This document shows, piece after piece, positions 1 through 13,791 of a stretch of 64,000 bases of DNA. Made by a program: the position numbers and the translations under genes. Each line of letters begins with the position of its first letter. Position 1 is the stretch's first letter. Origin of the DNA: Microthyrium microscopicum (taxonomy: Eukaryota); contig MU004232.1 of NCBI GenBank assembly GCA_010405405.1, positions 2,251,481 to 2,315,480 on the forward strand, in the 5' to 3' direction. Under the pieces are notes generated by a model. That model was given only the letters and a program-made list of their open reading frames with translations. It did no database searches and was not told where the DNA came from.

Positions 1-389
1 CCAGAAACTGTTTTCCTGATTTTGACCCTTGAAAGGCAACGACGATGTTGTTTCCTGATCTTGCAACGTAGCCGACAGCACCACTGTTGCTGAAGGTACC
101 AAGGATCGTTGCGCCAGAGGCCTAGAAGGTATCAGAGGGACTTTCAAGATTCTCACAGGTATAGTGAATCGTCGAAACCTACCTGAGGACAAATATCGGA
201 ACCAGTTCCTGTGCAAGTGACGGATTTGGATCCAGCTTTGGTATTGCTATCACAATATGCCGCAGCTGCAAAGTTGGCACCTTGAAGTAGACTATTGAAG
301 TCTGCTGAGGATATAGCAGTTGAGGTTGATAACGGAGAGCCGACAGCGCTCTTGATTGAGCATAAGAGATAAAGTAGAGGAAGCTTCAT
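1..389 (-). CDS. Secreted class 3 lipase (alpha/beta hydrolase), 5' part; gene runs off the window start
   Basis: Signal peptide MKLPLLYLLC, AAAAYC and CTGxxxxxCP as in the Lipase3 N-terminus. After an intron at about 122-182 the frame reads GATILGTF...GYVA...IVVAFQGS, matching lipase_3 IVVAFRGS. Confidence 0.8.
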
Positions 390-1426
390 CTTGGAAAAGG
401 TATGGACTTAATGAATTGACAACTTGATAAAGAATTGAACTGACTTGAGATAGAACTGAACTAAAGACAACAGACATATCGCGACACTTAAATAGTTTCT
501 CTCCATCATTATCCACACGAAAATCTTAAGATACAGCATTATGGCCTGTCAGGTCATGGAAGCATTCATTTTCACGACAACACATCAATACTCCATGATC
601 TTCAGGACGAAATACTAAGCGAGCTCATCATGACTGTAGACTAACGAGTCTCTTCTCTCTCCAACTGGGGATTTAGCTATAGTTTCGGAGAATACAAACA
701 TTGACACTGGTCACTACCAGGATACTATTATGCAACCACGGTCTTGGATACCTACTTCGAGCTTTTGTAGGATCCAGTGGCTTGATCCTACAACATCGTC
801 AACGTACCAACCCCTGCACTTGTTGGCATTCATTCCTTCTCGACAAACCTGAACAGATATTGAGGAGCTTACTTTCCGCATTCGTCGCATTTTGCATTCC
901 TTCCAACTTTTAGTCAGGTCTAAGCAATTTATTATTGGACATAACACCGGAAAGTTATACTCTATAGGCCTCTTGATCGCTGCGGTCCGCGTAATGGTTT
1001 GCGGCACGATCCGTAGCTGGGATCAAATCCTAGAACACACAGCTCGTATACGGAGTAAAGTCCTTTCTCGCATAATTATCCAAGTAGCTAATGTCCAATT
1101 CTAAGTATAACGTCCGAAAATGCCCAAGGGGACCAATACTTCGCAAATCCTACTGCAGTGCTGTCATGCATCTCTAGGTATGGTCCAACCATGAATCTTT
1201 GGTGCGAAGCTCTTGGTATTATTCATCATTTCGATCGCCGAGCGGCGGGATGGCTTAGTAGAGATGGCAAAGATATAGTTCAAACAACTTGGGTGTCACA
1301 TCATACAACAGAGACTTCTGAGCAGTGATATCTGCAGTCATCAGATATCAAAGAAAAGGCTTTGAATACTAATTGAACAAGGTTTTCGCTATTCGGATGC
1401 GACTATCCTAATTGATTACGAATTCG

Positions 1427-3180
1427 CTATACCGACTCTTTTGACCAGACTCCACGTGCTCTCAACCGTTTTCCGTATATGAAAAAGAGATATGGAATGG
1501 GAATGAGAGCTATCGAAATGAACCCAAAGACTGATATTCCCCAGCTCACACCCATATTGTGCAGCATAGGCGTGATGAACAAAGGGAAAGCGGCCGCAAA
1601 CGAAGATCGAATAAAGGTATTGGCAGCCACTGCTGACGCTGAATACTTCTGAAATGTGTCGATCAAATAGTTTAGCGCCGCCTGAAAAATTGTGAAGAAT
1701 CCCAAGCCAAAGCAAACTGCGCCAATTACGGGGGCAATCCAATGAAATTTGGGATCAGCTGTCCAGGCAAAGATGAATAGGCCGATAGAGAAGAAGACAG
1801 ATCCAAACATCATTGGAGGAAGTCGGGCTTCAGGAACAGGCCTGTTACCTGCTTGCTTGTAGCGCTTGAGGTAGTATTTCTGGTTGAAGTAGTTTACCAC
1901 ACCACCTAAGCAGATTCCAATCAGAACAGCTAGAAAAGGAAGTGATCCGACCAGCTGATTCCATCCCCGTAGTTCTTCGAAGACGATTGGAAAAGCCCCA
2001 AGGTTCGCGTAGAGAATACCGTACACGAAGGATGCATATAGTGCCACTAAAAGGCAAATCGGGGTACATAGTAACTGAAACGGGCGGATCAGATATTTTT
2101 CTCCGAGCTCGCGGAGTGAAACGTCCCATTCTTCGTGCTTTGCATGGAGTGCCCAATTGCCAGATTCGTACCGAAGGCGACGAGCTTTGTGGACAAGTAG
2201 AACAGCTGGATAAGACTCGTCAAGCAAAATAACATCCATTAAGAGAAGAAACATCATCAATATAAAGGTAATCTGTGGTCGGTCAGCATTGTCACAGATC
2301 AGGAGATCAATTTGTCGTCGTGAAGTACTATTATCACATGGAGACTTACGTATTCTGTCCATCGCCAGCCTAAAGAACTTTGAGTTATTGCACTTCCCAC
2401 AATTGGTGCAAGCGTAGGACCTCCAATAACAGCCATAGCGTAGCCAAGAACGGCAACTCCTCTAACTTCAGCAGACCAAAGATCCCCGAGTACGCCTCCA
2501 GTGTTGGTGATTGGCGCGCTTCCAAAGAATCCAGTGAAGAAGCGAGATATGACAACTGTTTGAATATCCTTTGATACCGCTGTCGCCAGCGAGAAAATAG
2601 CAGCGATAAAATAAGGGATCAATACTGCTGGTTTTCTTCCATAAACCTCAGATAATGGAGCCCATAACAATGGACCGACGCCAAAGCCGACGAGCAGGAC
2701 AGACAAACCTAAAGTTGAAACTTCCTGTCCGACACGAAATTCCTCAGCGACTTGGATGACTGTAGGCGAATACACTGATGAAGCGAATGTGATCCCCATA
2801 GTGGTCAAGCCATACATGAACGTGGTGATGACCTTTTTCTTGAAAGCCCAGTTCAATGGATTGTAGGGATCATCTGGTCCATCGAAGGTGACAAGTACAT
2901 CAGCTTGTGTTTGAGTATGGGTGAGAGGATGAGAGAAAGGTCCAATTGGCCTTCGAGATCGTATTCGAGAGATAGCTGTTTCGACGCGCTCAAGATGTAG
3001 GTCGGAACGCCTGGATCTACTTCGAGAGAGGCCTGAAGGTCTCTTTTCCAAATTGCGAGCGGGAGCATCGTGTGACGAGGAAGCACCGGTAGAGTCACTG
3101 GAGATTGAGAGTCGAGGATCTGAGTCTGCTGGATTTGGATTCGTTTCCTTGGCCGGAAGTGCTGGATTTGAAGTCTCCAT
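1427..3180 (-). CDS. MFS multidrug/polyamine transporter, DHA1 family; 2 exons, intron 2273-2349
   Basis: FDGPDDPYNPLNW, PLSEVYGRK, GWRWTEY, PEARL and YLIDTF motifs; gtaagt donor and ctgac...cag acceptor. Confidence 0.93.
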
Positions 3181-4065
3181 TATCGTGAATCTCGAATTGG
3201 TTGAGAACTAGAGTATTGGTGACTTGATAGCACAACTTGGCAAGATGGAAATTGATAGCTGTGACGCACATGCATGGGAGGCTTGTTGAAGAGTCGTCAT
3301 TGCGATAACTATCTCAGAATTTTAAGATGTTCGGGAGTTTATACTAGTTGCTAGTGGTACAAAAGGTTCGCGGCAATCGGATCTAATGGTAGCCACCTTT
3401 CCAAAACTTACATGTCCTCATGGTTGCTTTGACAGAGCAGCGACACCGAGTCAACAACTACTACTGACCAAGCGCTGCATCAATTTCTCCCTACTCATGA
3501 TTTGGCACAGACTTAGAGTATGTGGGTCTGGCAGTAAGTACCAGATATGCATGTGTTGAGGTTTCATGACATCACGACATGTTGCGCCAGCACGATCGAC
3601 GCGAAGCCTCGCAGGTCTCGCGCTACCGTATCCGTACTGCATGTCAAATCGCTGGAGCGCGTACGATGGTGCTCGCTTTGCACATCTAGCCGATATCCGA
3701 ACTCCCACAGTAGCTTGGGGATGAAAGCGGAAGGCAAAGTCATTCTGTTGTTCGCGATGAAAGTGTTGAGCGAAGGGATTGTCGTCAGCGATTAACAGCC
3801 GCCATCGCCTTGACTTAGACCCAACGCGACAAGATGTTCTTGAAGTATATACTAGCCCTGTAGCAAAGAATTGGGAAGAAGTAACGCTGGCCAAACTTAT
3901 GGCGCAGATGATACAAGTACGGATAGATACGAAGGATGCATGTGTGTTCAAAATGTTGCATTCTGAATGTTCAATAACTGTGCATGATGCCCAGTAAATT
4001 GGCGCCTTGCCGCCTTGTAGCCTTGGGTCAAGTTGAGCGCCAAATATCAGGCAACCTTCCGACCC

Positions 4066-4111
4066 TCAAACTTCAAATGTTCAAATGTTCAAATGATCAA
4101 ATGTTCAATGT
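4066..4111. repeat. Short tandem repeat of TCAAATGT, about 5 copies, upstream of the DUF1640 gene
   Basis: tcaaatgt tcaaatgt tcaaatga tcaaatgt tcaatgt read directly. Confidence 0.8.
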
Positions 4112-4167
4112 TGATGAGCATTTTCACCGTTTAACCTATTGAGAATATCGAGGCCAAGCACCAAATT

Positions 4168-5394
4168 ATGGCTGGCCTACGTATGCCGATCACCACCATA
4201 TTACGAGCAACAGACTCTTCGGTACCCAAGACACGCTTTCGGGCCCAATCCACGCGATCCCAAGCAAGAGCCGCCGCTTTCTTTCACACAACTCGGGTCC
4301 GACAACGATATGGAACTGCCAAAGAACCTGCTGCTCATCTGAAAGGAGAAAATGAAGAAACAGAGGATGACAAACCAATGAAGGAGAACTCAATCACCCC
4401 AGATGTTGAGGTAGAGCAAGCCGTCCCCGAAACCAAGTCGTTGCCAGCTCCGAAAGATGAACCATCGTCTGCACAAACATCGGATCAGAGCGCGAGTTCT
4501 GATCCACCCGCCGAGCCCAAATCTCCATTGGATAGAGTCCTTGATATGGAATCGCCGAATGCGCCAGAAGACGAAAAACCACCACATCTCCAAGCACCTC
4601 CATATGTCCATCACTTCGACACTTGGTCACTCGTGCGCGATTTACAAAGTGGCGGATTTTCGGGAGACCAAACGGTCACAATCATGAAAGGTGTACGCAG
4701 CATTCTGGCAGATAATATGAATTTGGCTACGAGGGCACTGGTTAGCAAGAGCAATGTAGAGAACGTACGTTACCCGGCCCATGTTTGCATTGGAAACGTC
4801 AGCTTACATGATTTAGGAGTTATACCTCTTTCGCGCAGCATGCTCAGAACTCAAAGCAGAGATACAAAATGCTCGTAAAGCTGAAGCCGACAGATGGAGG
4901 TCTCAAAGGGCGCAACTTCAGCACGAAGTGGATATACTAGGTCAAACCTTGACACAAGAAGCAGGAAGCATGAAAGATGAGCTCAAAGGCTTATTTGACG
5001 ATCGCAAGATGCTGACCAGAGGCGAGCAAAAGAAGGTTGAGGCCAAGGTAGTAGACTTCATCTATTCACCGCCACCGCAGCTAACGTACCCAAGATTCAA
5101 GAACTAAACTACAAAATCACCGTCGCCCTCAATTCTGATGCCAGGAGCAACATTGAGAGTCTCCGGTGGATACTCACTCGCCGCGCTATTCTCGCGTTGG
5201 TGATTGCTGGAGGTATGGTCATAGGTACACTCAACTACTCTCGATATATGACAGGGGTACAAGAAGCCGAAAGAAAGAAGCACACCGCAGATATGGCTGC
5301 TGTTGAGCATGATTCTGTTGCTGTCCAGAAAGGAAGCATTCATGGTTTGGCCGAGGAGATGCTTCTTGCCCCTGAAGGTGTCTCTAACGGCTGA
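4168..5394 (+). CDS. Mitochondrial DUF1640 / CCDC90-MCUR1-like coiled-coil membrane protein; introns 4765-4816 and 5048-5094
   Basis: Arg/Ser-rich presequence, PPYVHHFDT motif, ESYLFRAACSEL after splicing, coiled coil and a C-terminal TM helix (LRWILTRRAILALVI). Confidence 0.85.
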
Positions 5395-5603
5395 AAGTAT
5401 TCTTCATCGTCTCCATTTACATGTGTGACTTGCTGCAGCCGCATTTGCTTATGGATCACTCGACCAACACAAATGGCAAAATAAACATCACAAGTTAATT
5501 GGAAAATACAATACATACATTATGACAAAAGCAGCACCCTCAATCCCCCAACAGATACTGCATTCTTTCACTCTGAGCCTTCTCCTTGACCGTCTACTCC
5601 CTC

Positions 5604-6586
5604 TTACGTTGAAGGTCGCACTGCTCTAATAGAAACATATCTGAACTTGTCCGCATTTCGATAGATCTGGACAGCGCTATAGGTATTTGGGAACCGATCC
5701 TGGAGTCCGAGTATCTTGACAAATTGGTATGGGACATATCCAATGAATGCCAGAAGTCTCCACAGCGGAACAACTTCACTAGAGAGGTCTTCAACATCAA
5801 TATCCAGGAATCCCAGGTCTTTCAGTTTACCCTCAATGTCGCCCCGCATACGAATACCAGGACAATGAGTAAGCCGGAAGACTTCTCTGATCTGATCGTT
5901 TGTTTTGGTGAAATCTGCGTGGTGTAATACCAATACTCCGCCTGGTTTGAGAACTCGACGAAACTCTCGGATGGCCTAGGATTTGTCAGTGCAAAATCAC
6001 GGAATTGTGCTGCGAACACCACGAAAAGTCTGATGGACAATATCATGCATGTATTGCTTACCTGGATTGGATTCTCCGCATGAACGAATGATTCCATGGC
6101 ATAAATTCCATCGAACCCAGCATTTCCAAACGCAGCTAGGTTGTGAAAGTTGCCTTCCTGAACATGTATGTCGTCGACATGATCACATCGCCTGATATTC
6201 CTATTCATCTCTTTCACGTGCTCGGGCACCAATTCGATTGCCGAAACTTTCAGGCCCATGTCCGCCATATTGATCGCAACACATCCAGATCCTGCGCCCA
6301 CATCAAGGACTTTGGCACCGGGAGGTAACTTCAGTCTCAGAAACAGTTTGCGCTCCATGGCCTTCTGAGCCTTGCGAATGGGGAATGGCCAGATCGCCCC
6401 TTTCTTATAGAGTCCACAGTGTCGATTGTTGCCTAGGATCCAGCGGTATCCAATCCGAGACTCGATGCGACGATAGTATTTTTGGACAGATCTTCTGATT
6501 GGTCGTTGGTCGTCTGCTGAGTACCTGATTGCTCGCTCAGGGAAGACTTCCACTATGGACAACGTTCTGGCTAAACCAGTAGCCAT
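5604..6586 (-). CDS. Class I SAM-dependent methyltransferase (sterol C24-methyltransferase-like family); intron 5976-6061
   Basis: VLDVGAGSG motif I, FDGIYAMESFVH, and spliced AIREFRRVLKPGG. Confidence 0.88.
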
Positions 6587-7051
6587 TTTGCGGTCTGAGT
6601 GCTTTAGGAATGGTAGCTGTCAAAGCTAGAATTCATCTGAACAGGAAAGTCGGGACGGGGAGTGGAAAGGTTGCACTTCTGACGGCATTTTATTACCTAT
6701 ATTGTGTAATATCGCTGTTACTTGCCTCTTTTCACCAAATCGCCAAACGGGTCAACAAACACGGCATGCTCCCATCGAGTGTGATGTCTACCATCTGCTA
6801 TGCGCTTTCACTAAGTGGTGTAATTCACATTAAACGCGCAAGACTCAACCTGCTATCGAACACGCCATGAAAAGATATATTATTTTGTCGTAAGCTGCAA
6901 TAGACACATTCAAGCCGCTGCGAATGCACCAGTACTTTATCGACCGGTCGACTGCTGATCTAATAGAACAGTCGTTGCTGTCATCATAACTGGCACTTGA
7001 ACAAGTATATTCACTTCCAGCCGTACAACCGGGATACGAGATCTACCATCT

Positions 7052-8762
7052 TCACTCCCGCTTTTCGTCCCCGCGCGCCATGATACTAGGCGGGATTCCG
7101 TCTTCTGCCAACGCTTTCAAGTCATCCTCACCCATCTCGCCATCCCAACCTTTGCTTAGGAGGTACAATCTAAATTTCTCATCTTCTTCAGCAAGGTCTT
7201 CACCCTGAAGATTTGGGATGAACACCCAAGTGACGAGAATGCCAACGACACCTGCAAGATATGTTAGCACTTTTACTCCGTCTGCAGACGTCTAATCCTA
7301 GCACATACCACAAATCGCAGCGATGATGAAGGTCCAGCGTTTACCAAGGTGATTCTGGATTGGTGTAAACGCCTCAGTCCCAATGGCAGCTCCCGTCTTT
7401 CCAACAGCTGCAGAAAGCCCATAGCATGTCCCACGCACAGCGGTTGCGTATGATTCAGATGAAATGAGTCCTAGCATATCTCCTGGGCCAAGATTGCCTG
7501 AGCTCTGCATCAAACCATAAAACACCACAAATAGTGGCACAATCTTGGTGATCTTATCATACGAGCAGCCAATGATCAAGCCAAAGACCAGATATCCGGA
7601 AAATCCAAGCATCATCGTTTGCTTACGGCCTATGCGGTTGCACAACCAGGCGCCCATGAACACGCCAGGCAAGCTGATGGCACCTAGAAGTAACTGCCAT
7701 TCTGCAGTAGAACGAAGAGTGTTTTTGCTGCTCGAAGTTACACTGCTGATGATTGTCCCGGAGAAGACGCCGTTGGGAAATGTGACGAAATCATATAGAA
7801 ACCATGCGCCGCACGTTCCTATCAGTCTCCACCAATAGTACTTAATGACAAGACTGTATGGCACTCTGCGTTTGATCGCACCGCGGCGATATAACTTGGA
7901 ATTGAGCATCTTGATCCGGAAGTAGAACACGGAGAGCGGCCAGATGACTCCAATGCCAAAGCATACTCTCCATATCGTGGAGTAATGCGTCCATCCAGCA
8001 GCGGAGCCGACTATCAAGAATATCGCTACAGCAAATGGTCCACCAAATGATAGTGGCAGATTTGTGACCAAGATGAAAACTGGACCACGCTGTTTCAAAG
8101 TCCGCTCATTGGCAGCCTACAGAGCTGTTAGCTCGATGGAATTGAGTGGCATATTTACTACGCTTCAGTTCCAAGTGCTTCTTGTTCCATCGTGCATGAA
8201 AATCAGGGTAGACCTTACGTACCTCACTTGCACTAGTGCTCGAAGCTGGGTATTCACCTCCAGTTCCAAAGCCAACAATGCCTCTAGAGACGATCAACAT
8301 CCAGAACATGCCCTGGATCGTGATGCCATGGGAAGCAGTTGCCAGAATGCCACCAACAACAATCATCGCGGTCGTAATGACGATAGCAAACTTCCGTCCC
8401 AGATAGTCGCATGTTAGACCGATGACAATTTGTCCAATGATCTCTCCAACAAGCAGAGCATTGCTGACAGCCGTACTATAGTAAGAAGTATACTGTTTCG
8501 GATATTCAGCCTTGAGGACAACATTGGTCATAGTCATGAGATTGTTCTGATATCCATCACTGATAAGAGCAAATCCAGAACAGATGATCGTGAATATATC
8601 ACTGATTCTTTGCCTTGCGCTTGAAACTTCTTTGGAAGGAGCCTCAGGATCCTCCGGGTTGGCAGGCGTGGAGGGATCCATTTTCACTGCTTTTATGTCA
8701 TTGTCATGTCCAGAATCGTGGTATTGTGGCGACTTCGTATCTGCCATTGTTGGGTCCGCCAT
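7052..8762 (-). CDS. GIT1: MFS glycerophosphodiester (glycerophosphoinositol/choline) permease, Git1-like; introns 8117-8222 and 7252-7308
   Basis: SGFALISDGYQN, DYLGRK, GGEYP, WFLYDFVTFPNG, GPGD and ESYATAVRG motifs. Confidence 0.85.
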
Positions 8763-9579
8763 GATTAAAGATGAATGTTGTCCAGATTATCGTGACATTT
8801 TACCACAAATAGTATTTGCGATATGAAGAGCAGATGTTCACTTGGAGGGACGCACGACTGAAGTAGTTGCATGCCTGCACGCGACTATGGTCAATACAGG
8901 TATTTGGCCGAACTTGAAGCTAAAAAGAATGATCGACACAACGGCTTCCTGTCGTGTCAGCAGGGAACCCCATTGCACAACGCCAAGCCAATGATAATTC
9001 ATCGTGTAGTTCATGAGTGACGCCGTCGTGGTCAAGTGAGCTCTTTGGCCTATTCCCGGTTAGTGACGATGCCTGTCAAGGCCGTTATCTGGTGTTCCTT
9101 GAGTCAATGTCTGAACGTGCAAGTTTTAGATCACTTCAATGGCTGCTCAAGTACTTAGTCGAGTAGGTCTCTATATCCGCAATTTTCACTAAGTCTAAAT
9201 TCTTTGATTTTTTTTATCCACGACCTAAAAGTGGAAATGCTTACAAGTTTGGGATTTCAAGCATGCAAACATGTGCTCTTCTGAAGTGCATTTGTTCACT
9301 GTTAGATTAGATACGGAAAGTTGCATGATTGATGGTACTCTTAGGATAACAGACAGAAAGCGATTTTACATGAATCTGGAATCAGAATCTAATTATCATT
9401 AGAAAGATACAAAATAGCTTACAGATCCGATCTATGGAGCTTGAAAGATACACCAAATTCCAATCGCGAGAAGAAATTCCGGCGGCAAGCTCTACAGAAT
9501 TAAACAGCTATTATTACTTGCAATGTTTTTGACAATGGCAATAGCAAGAATTTTACCCTTCAGAACAATTACACCAAGT

Positions 9580-11986
9580 CTAAAGCGGAGGTGCACTATC
9601 AACAAGTTAGCAATATTCAAATCCCAGTGACTGCCAACTTACTTGGGATCCATCATACACTGATCCAATCTCATAAGTTGCTTGCCAGTCATCTTTGCAT
9701 ACTGGATAAACTCTTGAAGATAGGAAACAGTGCTGGGGTAAAGATAATGCATAACAACCAGATTACCACCCTTATCAACATCTCGTTTGAAGGCAGCCAG
9801 CTGTTTTTCAGGAGTGGACCCAGTGGCCCATAGCCAATCTTCAACATCGACGGACCAGTTGACGATGTAGGCATTTTTGTTGCCACTTGCTTGTGTCCAC
9901 CTGTAGCGCATGCGTGCCCCTTCGGTACCGAATGGTGGACGGAAGTAGGGAGAGGTTAAGCCTGGGAAAGTTTGTTTGACGACGGACAGGTCGTTGTTGT
10001 ATTCCCAATCGATGGTATCGTAGTTTGGAAGTCCTTCCATCTTAGGATGAGTATAGGAATGCAAAGCGATTTGGTGGCCTTGTGCGGTCATTTCGTGGTA
10101 AACGTTGCTTAAATTGGTGGAGAGGTCTAGAAGAGGAGCACCGACGGTGAAGAAAGTGACCTTGATGTTTTCTTGCTTGATGATGCTCAGAACTTGCTGG
10201 GCTAATTTTGGATCGCCATCGTCAATGCAGAATGCAAAGCTGTTCGGCCGCTTGCAAGCAAAAATAAGCTGACCTGTTGGTAACTTGGATTCGATCTTGA
10301 ATCCAGCTGGAACCGACGGCACAATTTCGATGAGTGATACTATGGTTGCATCTTGCGAATACCATGCTTTCAAAGCTACTCCGATTGTACGAGTTTTGTC
10401 GATATTGAAATGAGACATTGGCACATAAATGTCCCCGTTGGCTGCGTACCGTGACGCTTCCACCTCATCCCAGGTCTCCGGGTATGGCGCGATAGCTTCA
10501 TTGCATCCCCGGTTGTGTTGCTGGAGGGAGATTGAGAAGGATGTGGAACCGACGTATTTGATATGCAGATACGAGCTCTCATAAGCTGTCATATCTTTAC
10601 AAGTACCAGTGAACTGAGAGTAGAAGGAGTAGTCAGGATCAGGGGATTGGATCTGAAGAAGTCTACTTCCCCATGTGAGGATCATACCGTCGTCACCGCC
10701 ATGATATTGGCCTAACAAATTTGTATCTTTGTTGGAAAAGTTGTCAATAATCAAGGGTGCTGCTGTTCCTGATGGGGCCGCAATTTCATCCTGGGGAGCA
10801 GAAGCTTGGGGACTACCATGAAGGATGTATTCGGATACTGAGCCCTTGCAATAGAAAGAAATAGGTCCAACGGTGACTGGAGCGACTAGTCTCGAAAGGA
10901 GGAAGTGATGTAGTTTTGAAGCATCAAGCCCAGGGAACTGCGAAAACTTGAAAGAGTAGAGCCTTTCCGTGCCGTCAAATGTCCATCCCAGGACATCCGT
11001 TGCAACATCAATGTCCTTCACATTAGTATCGCCACAAGAATTGGAATAGCCCATTTGTAGAACGAATTGCGTTCCTGCTGGAGCATTGATTCGCATGCTA
11101 ATCCCTTCATATTGACCAATTGTATCCATACATCCAAGTTGAGTGAACCAGTAAGATCCTAGATTCTTCGGCACAAAAGTTCCACGATTTTGGACTGGAT
11201 CAACTGTGACTGATTGCATGGTTGCATCGTCCGACGTTGGTCTGAGGTTGGCATTGTAATATAGGAACGTCATGCGAGACTGAGAAGTGAAATCTTCTAT
11301 GAGAAAATTGCTACAAGCTCCAGTGTCTTTTGGAACAATGATAGTTGGAACACCTGTGATTACTGGTGATTCGGCTCCTTGAGGGGTTGACACAGCAGGT
11401 TTTGGGATTGTACAAGCAAGTCGTACGGAGCCCAAATGCCAGGCAACATCGTTCTGAGAGAATGCATACCAAACAAGGCCGACGATGGCATCTGGGTTGG
11501 CGCTTGGCCAAGACGTCCATGGAACTGTAAACGACTGTTTCTGTCCTGTTAAGCCAGTGACTGTATGATAATAGCTCGTCTTTGTTGCTTGTGAGCATGA
11601 TGGCTGAGTTTGGAGCTCAATTCCCACAGATCCGCCGACAGGTCCTTGTATAACGAATTGCAAAGCATCATATCCTTCTGATCGTGCTGCTTGACATCCT
11701 AAAGACTCGTAGAAATAGCCCCCTTGCTTAGGAGTGACCGAAAGTGCACCTCCTGCAACAGATCCAATCGAGCTCATTGACCCATCGTCTGTATTAAGAT
11801 GTTAGCAAGATGAGAGCAAGGGCTGGAGATAATTTGGTACCTACCGCTAGTAAATCCCCGAAGGTTGTTCCTCTTCTCTGAATGATTCGAAAAGTCGTCT
11901 ATTAGAAGTCCAGCAGGACACAATGCCAATGTTTGCTTGAGAATCGAGAAGAAGACGCAGTACGCTCCCAATAGAGTAGCGTGCAT
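9580..11986 (-). CDS. Secreted CE4 polysaccharide (chitin) deacetylase with three tandem N-terminal repeat domains; introns about 11790-11844 and 9596-9642
   Basis: Signal peptide MHATLLGAYC. NodB motifs IDDGD, HSYTH, RPPFG, DVEDW and VMH. The last micro-exon gives PNAPPL*. Confidence 0.9.
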
Positions 11987-12671
11987 TTTAAGATTAAAGA
12001 TTAAGTCGGCATAAAAATAATTCAATTCGAAATCGTTCAAGCTGCCATATAAGCAGAGTATCAGTGTATCCTCCAAGAGGAAATTCGGATATGAATGGCA
12101 ATCAAGTGAGGAAGAAAACAGAACGATGCTGTTTGTTGACGAAAAGAGGTCGACTTGTATATGTGCTGAACCCTTTTCGTGTTAATATATTTCGATAGTG
12201 CAAGCATACAACCTGTTGCGTGTGCGCAAACACGGCATTTTTGTACTCAAGACAAACGTGAGCTAATGCAGCTAGAAAAGCGCTTTGCGAGGCCTATAAA
12301 CAGCAAGTTCGCCTCGTTACAATTGGAAAATTGTGATATAAGGTTGGAAAAACTGGTCTAGATGTCATCGTGGGTAAATAGAAAGTGTGGCCATCAGGCA
12401 CTGGATATTGAGTAGTTCACTAGACGGACCGAAGCCAGGATAAGTCCATTTACAAAGTGCTAAAACTATTCTAAATATACAATGCATCCTAATCGGAATG
12501 GAGCACTGCACAAAAATCCTTGCTTCGGATCTTCTACTCTCACCGAAAATTGGCGGAGTTAAAAGTTGAATGCCAACATATTATTCTCTAAGTCTACGAA
12601 GTCCCACATTCCGCATGGAAGTATTGTTACATTACATTAACCATTCCATCGTTTCTTGATAAGTATCGATA

Positions 12672-13791
12672 TCAAACATCCTGTTCGGCACGGTAGGTCT
12701 TTCCAGCGCCCGATCTATGGCTGGCATCATCTTCAGCATTAGACCTTACTGGCTTTATCAAGTACCCAGTTGTGACGCAGATTAACACAACAATATATTC
12801 CATGAGAGAGTGCATGCAAACAAGTGGAGCGATATCTCCCGATAGAGGGCTCCATTTGGGGTTTGTGTCAAAAACGGAGAGCAGCGCATAAGCCAGCCGG
12901 ACAGTCAGAAACGGGAAGGAAATGCTCATTGCTTTCAGAAGCTTTGCGTCGTTAGCGATGTCCTGTCTATGGAATCTGAAAATTTACCTTCTTGCTGTCC
13001 AAACGTAGCTGGCTGGAATTCAGCCACATCCATGATGCAAAGAGCATTTCTCCAGCGAGAATGAGCAAAATGACGATATAGCCAGCTTTTGCCAGTTTGT
13101 GTCCAAGCTGAGTATCGGTGGGATTTTGATAGTGCCCGAGAAGAACTGAGCCGGCTACCAGTAATATGATGCCAACGAAAAAGAGTACTCTGAGACCTAT
13201 GATGGTCATTTTCATGGTAGAACTCTTGGGAAAATCAAGAGCTTGACTATGTACAAAATGGTTAGCACAAATTTGTAATGAGACGAGTAGTAGCTGAAGT
13301 ATTTTCGCCCTCCATTTACAACAATAAGCACCAGCAGCTCTTCTGAAGATGATATATTTCCATGGCATCAAATGCGATAGAATGTAGCCTAACGAACTGT
13401 GCAGGGAGTCGTTCATGCATTTTGACCACAGACAGGGAAAGAATCCTGAAACTCACATGAGCCTAAGTAATCCGACTAGGACAAGAATCAATGGAACTAC
13501 TCCAGCACCCTGGAATATGCTGGCGACGATGATCCAACCGGCTTCGCTGTCATGATTTACGTATTCGATAAGCAGAATTCCGCCTGTGAAGCGCACTAAC
13601 CAAAATGTCAGAAAGACGTTATTTGACGTATAGTGTAGCCTACCAATTGAAAAAGTAAGACAGCATATCCAAGCCATTCTTGAATCTGAGTGTCGTCGAA
13701 ATATCAGATAGGCGGCTGCAATAATGATTGGGAGGTAGAAGGCGCTTTGTGCTGCACCAACACTCGAATGAGGAGACCACATTGTGAACAA
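12672..13791 (-). CDS. Multi-pass fungal membrane protein (DUF7702 / RTA1-like); about 4 exons
   Basis: About 7 hydrophobic segments across ORF pieces, FSIVR and PFLTVRLAY motifs, canonical introns including a 210-nt one at about 13248-13456. Confidence 0.75.

Noticed and set aside
701..1104. Short ORFs between the lipase and MFS genes
   Set aside because: Non-ATG starts and no motifs or supported gene structure.
9100..9119. TGAGTCA and a CACGTT-type (Pho4-like) site upstream of the GIT1-like gene
   Set aside because: Single short motifs that are expected by chance; plausible but unsupported.
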